From positions 29,822,001 through 29,886,000 of the forward strand of contig NC_043005.1 in assembly GCF_006345805.1 (NCBI RefSeq): a DNA stretch of 64,000 nucleotides, given 5' to 3'. Source of the DNA: Octopus sinensis (taxonomy: Eukaryota). The notes under the pieces were generated by a model, which did not search any database, was not told the origin of the DNA, and saw only the letters and a list, made by a program, of their open reading frames with translations. Shown here in pieces: positions 15,469 through 27,850 of this stretch (position 1 is the first letter of the stretch; each line of letters starts with the position of its first letter). The position numbers were made by a program, and so were the translations under genes.

Positions 15469-16896
15469 TATAAATATTTCTAACTTTTTTTTTTGTCCTT
15501 TTAATGTGGAACTTCAAAGTAGATGTAACTGTTTAATATTCAAATCTGTTTTACAAGTTAAGACAGATTTATAGTTTTCATTATTATTATTTTTGTTTTT
15601 TTAGGTGTGTCTGAATTTGTAGGTATATATCTCCAGAATGTTTGCGGCTGACATAGTCCTAGAATATTACTACAATTAAATGCTTGTTACGTTGACTTTT
15701 CAAATGTCTGCTGTTGATCTTTGTTCCAGTGTAGCAGAAATCTTCTTTTTTATTTATTTATTTATCCACTTTATCCTGTCTGTTGGGAACAATGGGTTTT
15801 CATTGCCAAGTGGTCCACAAAGCTGATTCTAATAACCATATTCATTAATGCGTCCTTTGCTAATACATGACTATGCAAAGACAGTTTGATGAATCAGAAC
15901 ATATTCTAGCTAACTTGCTACCAAAATTGTCAAAAACAAGATATTGCCAATCAGGAAAGTTCTGTGAAATGAAGCCATTATTAAAACAAACACATGCTCT
16001 ATTTAAAATTAAACTGAAACCTTTCTTCAGTGTGAGTACCATAGCAATTAGAAAACAATTAATTCCCATAATGAGACTAAAACCTAATTATTGCCAAGTT
16101 GTTTGTTTCCCTTTCTGTTTATCATAACATGATTTCTCTGTCTTCCATGGAGAATTCCCCCCAAAAATCATATAATTTTCTGATGACATTTTATTTTTAT
16201 GAGCAGTTTTATATTTGATGAGTGTTGTAGTTACTCCAGTGACCCAACACTGGCTTTTTCCTGTTCATTATGGTTTGCTTTAGAGATGCTTTAATATTTC
16301 CAATTTTAACCTTTCTCTAGCCCTGCTCCTATTTAGTTAAACTTATTTTCATAACACATTATATATATATCTGTTTTTCATTAGTAGCGTTTCTTAGTTC
16401 ATATCGCAAAAGTGTTGCTTACATAATATTGAGAGTAAAAAATGAAAAGAGAAGATAGAGAGACACATGTAAGATTTTTCTATTTTGTATATTTAAGCAA
16501 ATTTCAATATGAATATCCTTTGGGCTTTGGACGTCGTTCAATATGGACAGCCATGATATTGGTGTACAAACTGTAAACAATAGATTGATGTTGATGTTGA
16601 TGTTGATGTAGTTGTTTCTGTTATTGTTGCTGCTGTGGCTGTTGAAATGGGGTCATGTGGTAGTGATATTGTGCTCAATAAGATGTTAGAACACATAATG
16701 GTGATGGTCATTTGGAAAGTCATAGGTTAGATATTTAGAATTAATGTCAGAGGTGTATAGCAGGAATAGTGAAGGTCACCATCATAAATGTATAGGTTCA
16801 GTATTCAGGGTGGCTGTCATACATGATTGGTTTAATGGTGAAAGTGAATGTCATGCATGAATGGATCAGAATATTCATAAGAGACAATATATTTCC

Positions 16897-17178
16897 ACTC
16901 ACAACTCTCCTTTCCTCCCCACGTCACAATACTCAATATTTCAGACTCACAACTCCTCTCCTCTTTACAACACTATATTTCATTCACCACTCCCTTCTCC
17001 TCTTCACAACACATTATTTCAAACAGACTCACAACTTCACCATCTGTCTTACAACACAGTACTTCAAACTCAAAACTTCCCTCTGTCTACAACACAGTAT
17101 TTCAGACTCATAACTCTCCTTCTCCCTATAGCACATTTCTGACAAACTCACAACTCTCCTCTATGCTTCACAACATAC
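16897..17178. repeat. Degenerate ~35-40 bp minisatellite, about 7-8 units
   Basis: Recurring acaacacagtatttcagactcacaactctcctct. Confidence 0.75.
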
Positions 17179-17936
17179 AAGCATATCATATTTCATGACA
17201 CAGACCCTAATTAGTCCCCTCACATACAAGTTCATTCATTTAAAAACCTACTTCTGTTAGTAAATGATGACAATGGCTGGCATCTTGATAAAATGAAGTT
17301 CAAATCAAAATGTCTGAACATTGATTTGTTTTGATTTCCAGAGAATTTCAAATGAGCTTTTCTTTCCTTTTATTTTTTCCTCTCGTAGTTATTAGGTATC
17401 AAGGAAAAAGTTTGAAAACTTTTCTAATGTTGATGGCGGTTAAGATTATGGATGTTTTTCGAAAGGTTAGAGAGACTATCATAGCGGTTCAGTGGAAAGG
17501 TTGACATCAGCGTTAGATGCTGAAAACAGAGATGTCAGCTTGCGTGTTATCAATTATTAGTCTTTAGTATTTCAGCAGAGTATGAGCAAATGTGTCAAAC
17601 ATCTGTAGGATACTGAGAGGTGGGGAGGTGAGGGGGAGAGGGAGGAGGGTGTGTTTAGGACAAGAGTTTCATATGATGATTATCTTTGCCTAAATTCAAT
17701 GGTCTTTACATCTGATGGTGTTGGGTTGGTTTGAAGTTGAATACATACACTTGTGTGTGTGTGTGTAATATTTTTTTATGGACGGTTATATGTAAAAACA
17801 GTCAAACATTTATTGAAGTATCAACCAAGTATGACAAAGCCAAGAGCCAGCAAAACACACAAACTACTGTTAGACTTTACTTTGTAAGTGTGTGTGTGTG
17901 GAGTTTTATTTCTCTCTCTCTCTCTGTATGTATGTG

Positions 17937-17975
<39 letters not shown>

Positions 17976-18675
17976 AGGGATGTACATGTGTGTGTGTATG
18001 TATATATGGCAGAATTGTGAATGTGTTGGCAAAAATGCCTTGCTTTGTGATAATTTTGCAACAGTTTATTTCTTGAGATCAAATCCTGCCAAGACCAGCT
18101 TTGCCTTTTATCATTTCAAGCTCAATCAAATAGGAGATTAGTCAAGAACTGGGGCCGATGCAACTGACTAACCCTCAACTCCCCAGAAGATCACTGGTAT
18201 TGAAGCTAAATTTAAGGTGTTGAACAGCTGAAGCATTAAAGAGTTCAAAAAAATACTTCGCTGTATTTCTTTCAACTCTTTATGGCTTGAGTTCAAATCT
18301 TGCTTAGGTTAGCTTTGCTTTTCATCTTAGTTTAAACCCACATCCTGAATTGCTGGCTTTGTGCCTGGTTCAGAAACAATTATTACTGTTACTAATTAAT
18401 ATTTTTAATATTGTAAAGGCAGCAAGTTGGCAGAATCGTTAGCTCACTGGACAAAATGATTAGCAGTATTTTGTCCACCTTGACATTTTGAGTTTAAATT
18501 CCACTGAGGTCGACTTTGCCTTTCATCCTTTTGGGGTGGATAAATTAAGTACCAGTTGTGTAGTGAGTCGACCTAATTGACTGCCCCCACTGCTCCCCAA
18601 AATTCAGGCCTTGTGCCTATAGTAGAAAGGATTATGCACTGGGGTCAATGTAATCGACTGGTCCCCTCTTCCAGG

Positions 18676-19012
18676 TATGTGATAAGGAAGAAAGAAAAGT
18701 GGAGAGATATGACAGGTTAGCTTGGGAAGTTAAGCAGTTGTGGTCAATGAAAAAGATAGTAGTAGTACCAATAATTGTTGGAGCCCTGGGAACAGTGAGC
18801 AAAAATCTCAAGAAGCATGTGGAACAAATATGGGCTACAATAAGGGTGGAGCACTTGCAGAAAACAGCACTGCTTGGAACCACTCAAATACTCCAGAAGG
18901 AACTTGAAAAATAAGAGGTATTACTTTAGTTTACTAGTAGTGAACAGCTGACACCATAGTACATCTCCAGCGTTAGAAGCTGTGCAAGGGCAATAAGTAA
19001 TAATAATAATAA
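18676..19012 (+). mobile_element. R4/Dong-like non-LTR element 3' end (restriction-like endonuclease), (TAA)n tail
   Basis: ERYDRLAWEVKQLW..VVVPIIVGALGTV..LQKTALLGT, then a short UTR and taa repeats. Confidence 0.85.
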
Positions 19013-19274
19013 TGATTTCAAATTTTGGCACAAGGCCAGCAATTTTAGGGAGGGAGAAAGTTGCTGACATTGACCCCAGCCCACAACTGGTACTTATTTT
19101 ATTGATCCCAAAAGTATGAAAGGCAAACTCAACCTTAGCAAAATTTGAGCTTGGAATGTGAAGTATTTTGCATAATATGCTAGTTCAATGCCTTAATAAT
19201 GATGATGATGATGATGATGTCAACGACGATAACAATAACAGCAACAATAATAATAATAATAATAATAATAATAA

Positions 19275-21285
19275 TTGGTAGATAAAGCAATTAAGAGTAT
19301 AAAGGCAGGGAAAGCTCCCAGCCCATCAGGAATCACTGCAAAGATGCTCAAAATATTTGGTGTCAGCTATAGCCTAGTCACCCTTGTAGTTAATCAGGTG
19401 ATACATGAAGGAGTCATACCCAATGACTGGTGTAGCAGCATAATAGTCAACTGCTACAAAGGTAAAGGTGACGCTTTAGATACAAATAATTACAGAGGTA
19501 TCAAGTTGATGGATCAGGTAATGAAGGTCACGGAGAGGGTCATAGCCCAACTAATTAGGGAGAGAGTCAGTTTAGAGGAGATGCAGTTTGGCTTCATGCC
19601 AGGGAAAAGCACCACTAATGCTATATTTCTAGCCAAAGATAAACCTCTGTACCTGGCTTTCGTTGACATGAAGATAGCCTTTGACAGGATACCCCAATCC
19701 CCTATCTGGTGGTCAATGAGGAAACCAGGGATAGATAAATGGTTAGCGAGAGCTGTGCGAGCCATGTACAGAGATGCTGTCAGTAAGGTGAGGGTACAGT
19801 GAAAAATTCTGGGTAGAGGTACGGGTCCACTAAGGCTCAGTCCTCAGCCCCCTCCTATTTATCATAGTTCTCCAGGCAATAACAGAGGAATTCAAGACAG
19901 GATGCTCCTGGGAGCTCCTCTATGCTGATGATCTTGCTCTAATTGCTGAGTCACTATCAGAACTAGAGGAGAAGTTTCAGGTGTGGAAGCAAGGATTAGT
20001 ATCGAAGGGCCTTAGAGTCAACCTAGCTAAAACAAAAGTCCTAATAAGTAGGAAGGCAAGCAAACCACAAAACCCTTCAGGTAGATGGCTCTGCTCGATC
20101 TGTAGAAAAGGCATAGGTAGAAACTCTATAAGATGCACCCAGTGTAAGCTACAGACACATAAGAGGTGCAGCAATATCAAAGGAAGGCTAACTGGGTAGA
20201 TAGTTTTTGTATGTGGCAGATGCTCAGGAGAACAACTTCTGCCACATCCCAGGGAGAAAAACTAGAAGTAGTTGATAGCTTCCGTTACCTAGGTGACCAA
20301 GTCAGTAGCAGGGTGGGTGCTCTGAAAGTTTAGCTGCAAGAATAAGAATAGCCTGGGCAAAGTTCAGAGAGCCCTTACCTCAGCTGGTGACAAATGGCCT
20401 CTCGCTCAGAGTAAAAGGTAGACTGTATGATGCATGTTTACAAACAGCCATGCTACATGGCAGTGAAACATGGGCCGTAACTGCTGAGGACATGTATAAG
20501 CTTGCAAGGAACGAAGCCAGTATGCTCCACGAGATGTGTAATGTCAGTGTGCATACTCAACTGAGTGTAAGTACCTTCAGAGAAAAGTTGGACCTAAGAA
20601 GCATCAGCTACGGTGTGCAAGAGAGTTGACTGCGCTGGTATGCTCATGTGGTGAGAATGGATGAGGATAGCTGTGTGAAAAAGTGTCACACCCTAGCAGT
20701 TGAGGGAATCTGTAGAAGAGGTAGACCCAGGAAGACCTGAGATGGGGTGGTGAAGTACGACCTTTGAACATTAGGCCTCACCAAGGCAATGACTAATGAC
20801 CGAGACCTTTGCAGATATGCTGTGTTGAGAAGATCTGGCAAGCCAAGTGAGACCATAACCGAGCATGATTGTTGCCAGGGCTGCTGACTGGCTCCCGTGC
20901 TAGTGGCATATAAAAAGCACCATTCAAGCGTGATCATTATCAGCATCGGCTCACTGGGACTTGTGCCAGTGGTACGTGAAAAACAACATTCGAGTGAGAT
21001 CATTGCCAGTGCCACTGGACTGGCTCCTGAGCAGGTGGCACATCAAAACACCATTTGCGCATGGCCGTTGCCAGTACTGCCTGACTGGCCCTCATGCCAG
21101 TGGCACATAAAAGCACCCACTACACTCTTGGAGTGGTTGGCATTAGGAAGGGTATTCAGCTGTAGAAAATCTGCAAGATCAGATTGGAGCCTAGTGCAGC
21201 CATCTGGCTCGCCAGTTCTCAGTCAAACCGTCCAACTCATGCCAGCATGGAAAGCGGATTTTAAACGATAATGATGATGATGATG
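19275..21285 (+). mobile_element. Decayed RTE LINE: RT, PHD-like Cys-rich insert, repetitive 3' UTR, (GAT)n tail
   Basis: GKAP..NYRGIKL..QFGFMPG..AFVD..AFDR, LLYADD, CSICRKGIGRNSIRCTQCKLQTHKRC and LHGSETW across several stops and frameshifts. Confidence 0.93.
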
Positions 21286-21317
21286 AATAACAGAATAACA
21301 GGAATAGCAGCAGAAAA

Positions 21318-21820
21318 AAGATGGTAAGGGTACATGCCAGAAAAGGTTGCAGAAAATGAGAAAGCAACCATACTCTGGGATATGCCAATATGCACAGATA
21401 GAAAAATTCAGGCCAATAGGCTGGTTATAGTTGTCAGAGATGATCAAGAAAAAAATGCTTTCTAATCGATGTATCAATACCAACAGATGACAATGTTTCT
21501 CTAAAAGAAATGGAGAAACTTTCAAAATACAAAGATCTGGAAATAGAGGTAACTTGAATGTAGAGCCTAAAAACAGAAACAATTCCTATCATAGTAGGCA
21601 TATTAGGTATGATAAAAAAACATTCAGACAATACATAACAAAAACACCAGGACTAACAAGTATATATAACATACAGAAAATAGCACTCCTAGGCACTGCA
21701 CACGTCCTATGTAAAACACTTTCAATACAGTGGAAATAAGAGCACCACCACAAACCATGGCACATATGCAAGGCACACAGGGCCACTCTTTTGTAGTATA
21801 GTGAAAGCAAGTGATAACAA
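21318..21820 (+). mobile_element. Second R4/Dong-like RLE-domain 3' fragment
   Basis: ENEKATILWDMPI..TDRKIQANR..LIDVSIP..EKLSKYKDLEIE..IPIIVG..IQKIALLGTAH. Confidence 0.85.
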
Positions 21821-22018
21821 TAGAATTACTGAACAACAGTTCTATATTTAAGAGATGAGGAATTATGTACATTATTTACATTTGACGGATATTTGTCCTC
21901 ATCTTGTTTGTTGTTAATGCAACATTTTGGCTGATATACCTTCCAGCCATCATCAGGTGTCTTGCAGAAATTTCAAGCCTGGGTTCTCATTCCTAAGGTA
22001 TTTTTTGATGTTGTTGTT

Positions 22019-22058
<40 letters not shown>

Positions 22059-24255
22059 AGGCAGCGAGCTGGCAGAATCATTAAGGCACCGGGTGAAAAG
22101 CTTAGCGGTATTTTGTCTGCCACTACATACTGAGTTCAAATTCTACCACGGTTGACTTTACCTTTCGTCCTTTCAAGGTCAATAAATTAAGTGCCAGTTG
22201 CATACTGAGATCGATGTGCTCCCCCTCCTCACAAAATCCAGGCTGTGTGCCTATAGTAGAAAGGATGATCATCGCCATCATCATCATCTTATTATTATTA
22301 TTATTATTATTATTATATTATTATTATTATATTATTATTATTATTATTATTATATCATCATCATCAATGAATTCTTCAGTTGTACCCAATATATTTGACT
22401 TTATCTCCTGTTAAATCACTGAACGTGTTTCCTAAAGTGTGTTCTCCATTAACTGCACATTGCTTTTAGCTGAACAATGAAGATAACTTGCTTCTCCAAA
22501 TGTACTTTAAAAAAAAGATGTCTACACCTACTTAACCAAAGAATTTCCTAAACTTTTTATTCTGCTTCCATGACACAATCTAAACTCTGCCAATATTATT
22601 TGTTTGTTTTTCTTTTCTTTTTTTGCATTAGACTGTCAAAACGCTAAGTGACATTGATGTGGCACTCTGTATTACCACAGTGTTCATATGTCAACAATTA
22701 GCACAAATTATTTCAAATTAATATTATGTGTGTCTTGTTAATCTCTGTAAAATAATTGCCAGTATAAATGTTGGTTGGTTGGTTGGTTGTTTTCTTCAAT
22801 CATGCTGTACATCATACAGAGAGAAGAAAAAGAGAGACTAAAAGAGAGATATGGAGAGTTAGTACAAGAGATACAGGAGGATTGTACATATAGGTTTGGT
22901 GACAGGCAATGAATAAAAGAACACTACACAGACAAAAAAGAATCATACAAACAGATTAGGAGAGTGAGTAAATGATACAGTTGGTATGAAAGGAGTCCCA
23001 CAAATAACAAATTTATATTTTTATTTGATTTTAAGGTAATAAGTTTGTTTCTTTTGGTAATTGGTATTCATTTCCTCATTTTGTTTAAGCACCAAGGAAT
23101 TTGATAAAAACTTGAACCGTAATTATTGTATGCCACATTTCTTGTTATTACTCATGTTGGAAAATGTATACTTTCAAACATATCTCTCATATGATGGGTA
23201 ATGTTCTAGAAATTCAATATTTGGTGTGTTGTCCATTAGTCAAATTTCATCAACCACTGACACTCCTCTCGTGTTTACGTTTTATTTTGGTGCAAAACAA
23301 AAGAAAATCTTTGCTTTTACTTGACAATGACTGACAGTAGTTAGAGAAAGAATCTGGCGGAAGTGAAGGACTAATGTTATCTAGAATGGGCAAGTGGTTG
23401 CTAGTAGAATCATTAGAGCATCAGACAAAATCCTTAACAACATTTCTTACAGCTCTTCGAATTCTGAGTTCAAATCCTGTCATGGTCAACATTATCATTC
23501 ATCTGTCTTAGTAAATAAAATAGAGTACCGGTCAAGTACTGAGGTTGATGATATCAACTAAGCACCCCACCCCCATCAAAATTGCCAGCCTTGTGCCTAT
23601 ATCACAGAAACTATTTTTATTAAAAGCTGCTCGAATCATTAGCACGTCAGACAAAATAATTTGTGGCATTTCCTTTGGCTCCTTACATTCTGGGTTCAAA
23701 TACCACTGAGGACAACTTTGCCTTTAATTCTTTTGAAGTCAACAAAACAAAATCTCAGTTATGAACTGAGTTGATGCTGTCGACTACCCCCCACACACAC
23801 AAATTCTTGATTTTAAACCAAACTTTGAAACAATTATCAGGAATGTAATATTGCATGATTTTGATTTATTTGCTGCCATCTGAGACCATTCTTGGTTCTT
23901 TGATACTAATTTCCTATTTTGCAGGGATTTAAGTTAAAACCTTGCATCAAAATTTCATGTTAATTTGTTCTAAACACCATCTGAATAATGATGGCAATTA
24001 TTCCACTAAATTCTTCATTTATTTCAAATTAATACAAATGACAGCAAAGGTAGTGTATTTCAGTGAAAATGTAGTAAGCAAAGGGGTTAAGACCACATGA
24101 TTCCGTCCAATCATAATAAATTTGGAAGACACATGGCCTGTGTGTTTCTAAAACAACAACAGTAACACCTTGGTCTCTTTGAATCAGTGTTGCCTGATCA
24201 AAATATACCCCAAAACATTGAAATGTAAGGTGCCAGTGAGCTGACAGACAATAAA

Positions 24256-24508
24256 AATAATAAATGTGCCCTTTTAAAGCCTAGCCAGGCTCATGGGCCC
24301 AGTTTCCTGGTTTCAATAGCATATGTGTTCCCCAGCTGGACCGGACACCAGTCCGTTGCAGCATTACTCATTTTTGCCAGCTGAGTGGACTGGAGCAACA
24401 TGAAATGAATTGTTTTGCTCAAGAACACAACGCGTCGCCCGGTCCAGGTATCGAAACTACAATCTTACGACCATGCTGACACCCTAACCACTAAACCACG
24501 TGCCTGCT
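24256..24508 (-). mobile_element. tRNA-derived SINE family D with 15-bp TSD
   Basis: Minus-strand tRNA-like head (gtggtttagtggttagggtg..gtttcgatacc). TSD ctgacagacaataaa at 24241-24255 and 24509-24523. Confidence 0.85.
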
Positions 24509-24689
24509 CTGACAGACAATAAAGGAAATAATTTGGTATGAATAAAGAATCATTTCCCCTCACATGTAGGAATTTGTGGGGAGGAATTAAAGGAATTGTT
24601 TTGGATACTTGAGGTCCTCCTTTGACAATTCATCATGAGCCAGGTGCTAGGGGTTAACTGACCAAGATTCTCCAATTCCTCTTATCTTA

Positions 24690-25040
24690 TGCAGCATGCA
24701 TATACTCAGCCAGGTTCTTGTTTCCAGTCCATTCTTTGATGTTGTTAGTCCACAAATGACTTTAACAGAATCTTGCTCTCTTCCCCTCCATACTTCCTAT
24801 CACGATGGTCTAAAGAAGTGACTTATAGTGCATTGTATATCCAAAATACAATAGCTTTGTGAACTCAATTCTCAACTGTTGGTGTCTTTGGACTGCAGAC
24901 GTTGGTTTCTCTAACTTTCCAGCTTATTCTTTCCAGTCTGTAAAAGATTCACGTCGCAAAGCATCTATTTTCTTCTCCATTGCTCTGTACATTGTCCAAG
25001 TAGGTGCCCAATGGAAGACAGCTGGCATAATATAACAGTT
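24690..25040 (-). mobile_element. Old RTE LINE 3' coding relic
   Basis: Minus strand reads TWT..EKKIDA..KLLYFG..IVIGSMEGKR..WTNNIKEWTG. Confidence 0.6.
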
Positions 25041-25614
25041 GGATAATTATATAAACTATAAAATTCTTAAAACATCATAATCATTATCATCCTCATTGTC
25101 TTTTAACATCTACCTACCATGTTGGCATGGGTTAGAGATGTTATCATGTTCTGCATTAGTTCATGTTTAGAGTTTAAGTTTGACACCTAAATGTCTTTAT
25201 GGTGTCCAATGAAGTTATGAACATTATTTCATATTCATTATTCGATATGTTCATGAAACTTTGATAAGATTTCCGAGTTACAAAATAAGGGGCAGTTGAT
25301 TTTAGTTAGTGTTACTCTGAGATCCTTTTAAAATCTGGCCTGGAAACAAACAAGACTCTCCCACACAAATTGAAGTCATTAAGAACTACAAACATCATTA
25401 ATCTTTGAAATGAACAGCTAAAGATAATTTTGTATGTCACAACTCTCTTGATAATTGTTGTATCTTTTGGAAAAACTACAAGTTATTTGCCAAAGATATT
25501 TCATTTCATTAATATTCGACCATGCAAATGCTAAACTACCACCAGTGATTATTGTCTGACTTAAGCTATTGTTGGTGACAACTGAGAGAAATTTCTCTTT
25601 GGTTAGCTGTGTTG

Positions 25615-26037
25615 TTCAGTTCTATATTTAAGAGATGAGGAATTATGTACATTATTTACATTTGATGGATATTTGTCGTCATCCAGCTGTAGAAACACTG
25701 CCAGATCAAACTGGAGCCTGGTGCAGCCTCCTGAGCATGGAAAACGGACGTTAAACGATGATGATGATGATGATGATGATCTTGTTTGTTGCTAACACAT
25801 GTTTCAGCTGATATACCCTCCAGCCTTCATCAGGTGTCTTGGGGAAATTTCGAACCTGGGTTCTCATTCCTAAGATATTTTTCAATGATAATATTATTAT
25901 TATTATTATTATTATTACTCAGGTCACTGCCTGGAATCGAACTCGAAATCTTGGGGTTAGTAGCCTGTGCTCTTAACCACTATGCCATATGCCCATAGGC
26001 ATATGAGGACAAACATCTGTCAAATGTAAATAATGTG
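25615..26037 (-). mobile_element. tRNA-headed element carrying an HHR, with a fold-back end (interrupted by an RTE 3' tail at ~25683-25780)
   Basis: Head at 25921-25994 with A and B boxes, (TAA)n spacer, HHR at 25794-25838, and an inverted copy of its 3' end at ~26002-26037. Related copies at 21834-22010 (-) and 26334-26488 (+). Confidence 0.8.
25794..25838 (-). ncRNA. Minimal type-I hammerhead ribozyme motif
   Basis: GACAC CUGAUGA A GGCUG-gaggguauau-CAGCU GAAAC AU GUGUU. The sister copy at ~21915-21961 gives a likely consensus ..CAGCC GAAAC GUU GUGUU. Confidence 0.7.
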
Positions 26038-26995
26038 TTGTTGTTACCATCATATTCTTAGTCTCCTTTATTGTTGTTCATATTCATCCTCAATGCAAAT
26101 GTCTGACTTTACACACAATACAGCGCAGAACTGCAGCAGTTAGCCAGTCCTGTAATATATGATACTACGAGAATCATACCGATTTTGTTTACATTAATTT
26201 TGAAGGAAGTGCACCAGTTTTGAATCTAATGGAGAAAACCCCTCTCCTACCATTTATTTTTGCTCTGTAACAGAATCATTGCAGGACTCAACTTTCCATT
26301 AATAAATTTTCAACAAGATGGCATAGTGGTTAACATATGGCGTAGTGGTTAAGAGCGCGGGCTACTAACCCCAAGGTTCCAAGTTCAATTCCAGGCAGTG
26401 ACCTAATAATAATAATAGTAATAATAATAATAATTATAATTATAATAACAACAACATCGAAAAATACCTTAGGAATGAGAACCAAAGCCTTTTTCCATTT
26501 TATAAAGTACTTCCTGGACAATAAGAAAGTTTCTTCAGTTTTATATAGCACCTCTCATGCTATATAAAACTGATGTTAAACTGATGAAATCCTTACCACT
26601 CTATGCTAACAAAGAATTACTGAATATCAATATTTCAACCAGATTAAATGCTTACCATTTAACCATTGGTCCAGTCGTTTGCTGCTACTTGTTAGACACC
26701 AAGGGACCAATGAGGGAGCTTCTACAGATTTATGCAACCTGCTTGAGATAGCAGCTAAATCTTATTTGAATCATACCCTACTGTCTTAAATAAAAGGACA
26801 CCTTAGAGAATATAGTCCTAGATGGACTGTGTACGACTCAAAGGCAGGATGCTTAGGATTAAGGCATATTTTGATAACAGATCTTCAGGTGTAGGACTGA
26901 CCTGATGTTAGTTGCAACAAAATTTTTCACAAGGTGGATTTAGCCACCAAGTAGGGAACAAACTCATATAATAGCAATTGATCTTTCAAGGCTTT

Positions 26996-27061
<66 letters not shown>

Positions 27062-27431
27062 AGTCTCAGTGTATGTCTTGCATACTATTAATTTCTAAAA
27101 ACACCTTTTACCATCTCACTCACTACATCCACCACTCTTTCATCATTTGTTACCATTAATTCCATCTCCTTTCTTCCGCCTCCTCCCCTCCTCTCCACCC
27201 TCCTCCTCCTCTTCCTCATCATCATCCCCATTACCACCACCACCACCATCATCACCATCATCATCATCACTACATCTAATATCCCTCTGGGAAAGGAAGC
27301 TCAACACATTTCTCCCCTAAAACTTCTTCATGCTGTTTTAAGAAACCATTTTCTTGTCTTTTCTTCTCTAACCTTTCCACTGACACTTCTTCCTCCCTCT
27401 CCACCTCACTCCTTCATCCCCTCCTCCCTTT

Positions 27432-27471
<40 letters not shown>

Positions 27472-27654
27472 TACAAACATACGCACACACCTTCAGTGTT
27501 TAGTATTTCAGGCTAGATCAGCCTCTCTCTCCCTTTCTCTCTCTCTCTCCTCTCCTCCCCTTCACATCAAACCTTCCTAGTTAATGCACAAAAGGCAGAC
27601 AAGCCTCTGCTTTCTTTATGCATGATAACAAACTGGACTTAAGAGTTACTGGTG

Positions 27655-27850
27655 AAGGAGATGATGATGATGATGATGATGATGATGGTGGTGATGGTGA
27701 TGATGATGGTGGTGGTGGTGGTGGTGGTGGTGGTGGTGGTGGTGGTGGGGATGGTGGTGGTAGTGATGGTGGTGGTGGTGGTGGTGGTGGTGGTGGTGTG
27801 GTGGTGGTGGTGGTGGTGGTGGTGGTGGTGGTGGTGGTGATGATGATGAA
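27655..27850. repeat. (GAT)n/(GGT)n trinucleotide tract
   Basis: Seen directly. Confidence 0.97.

Noticed and set aside
15605-15622. 18-nt ag|...|gt microexon candidate
   Set aside because: It ends in TAG in the required phase 0 and the donor is weak.
25921-25994. Genuine tRNA genes (also 26334-26404 and 37530-37605)
   Set aside because: No proper acceptor stem, and they are joined to repeat bodies, so they are SINE heads.
26690-26751. GPMRELLQ resembling the PDE8 upstream-exon motif GPMR
   Set aside because: No phase-0 GT donor or acceptor, and it runs into a repeat.
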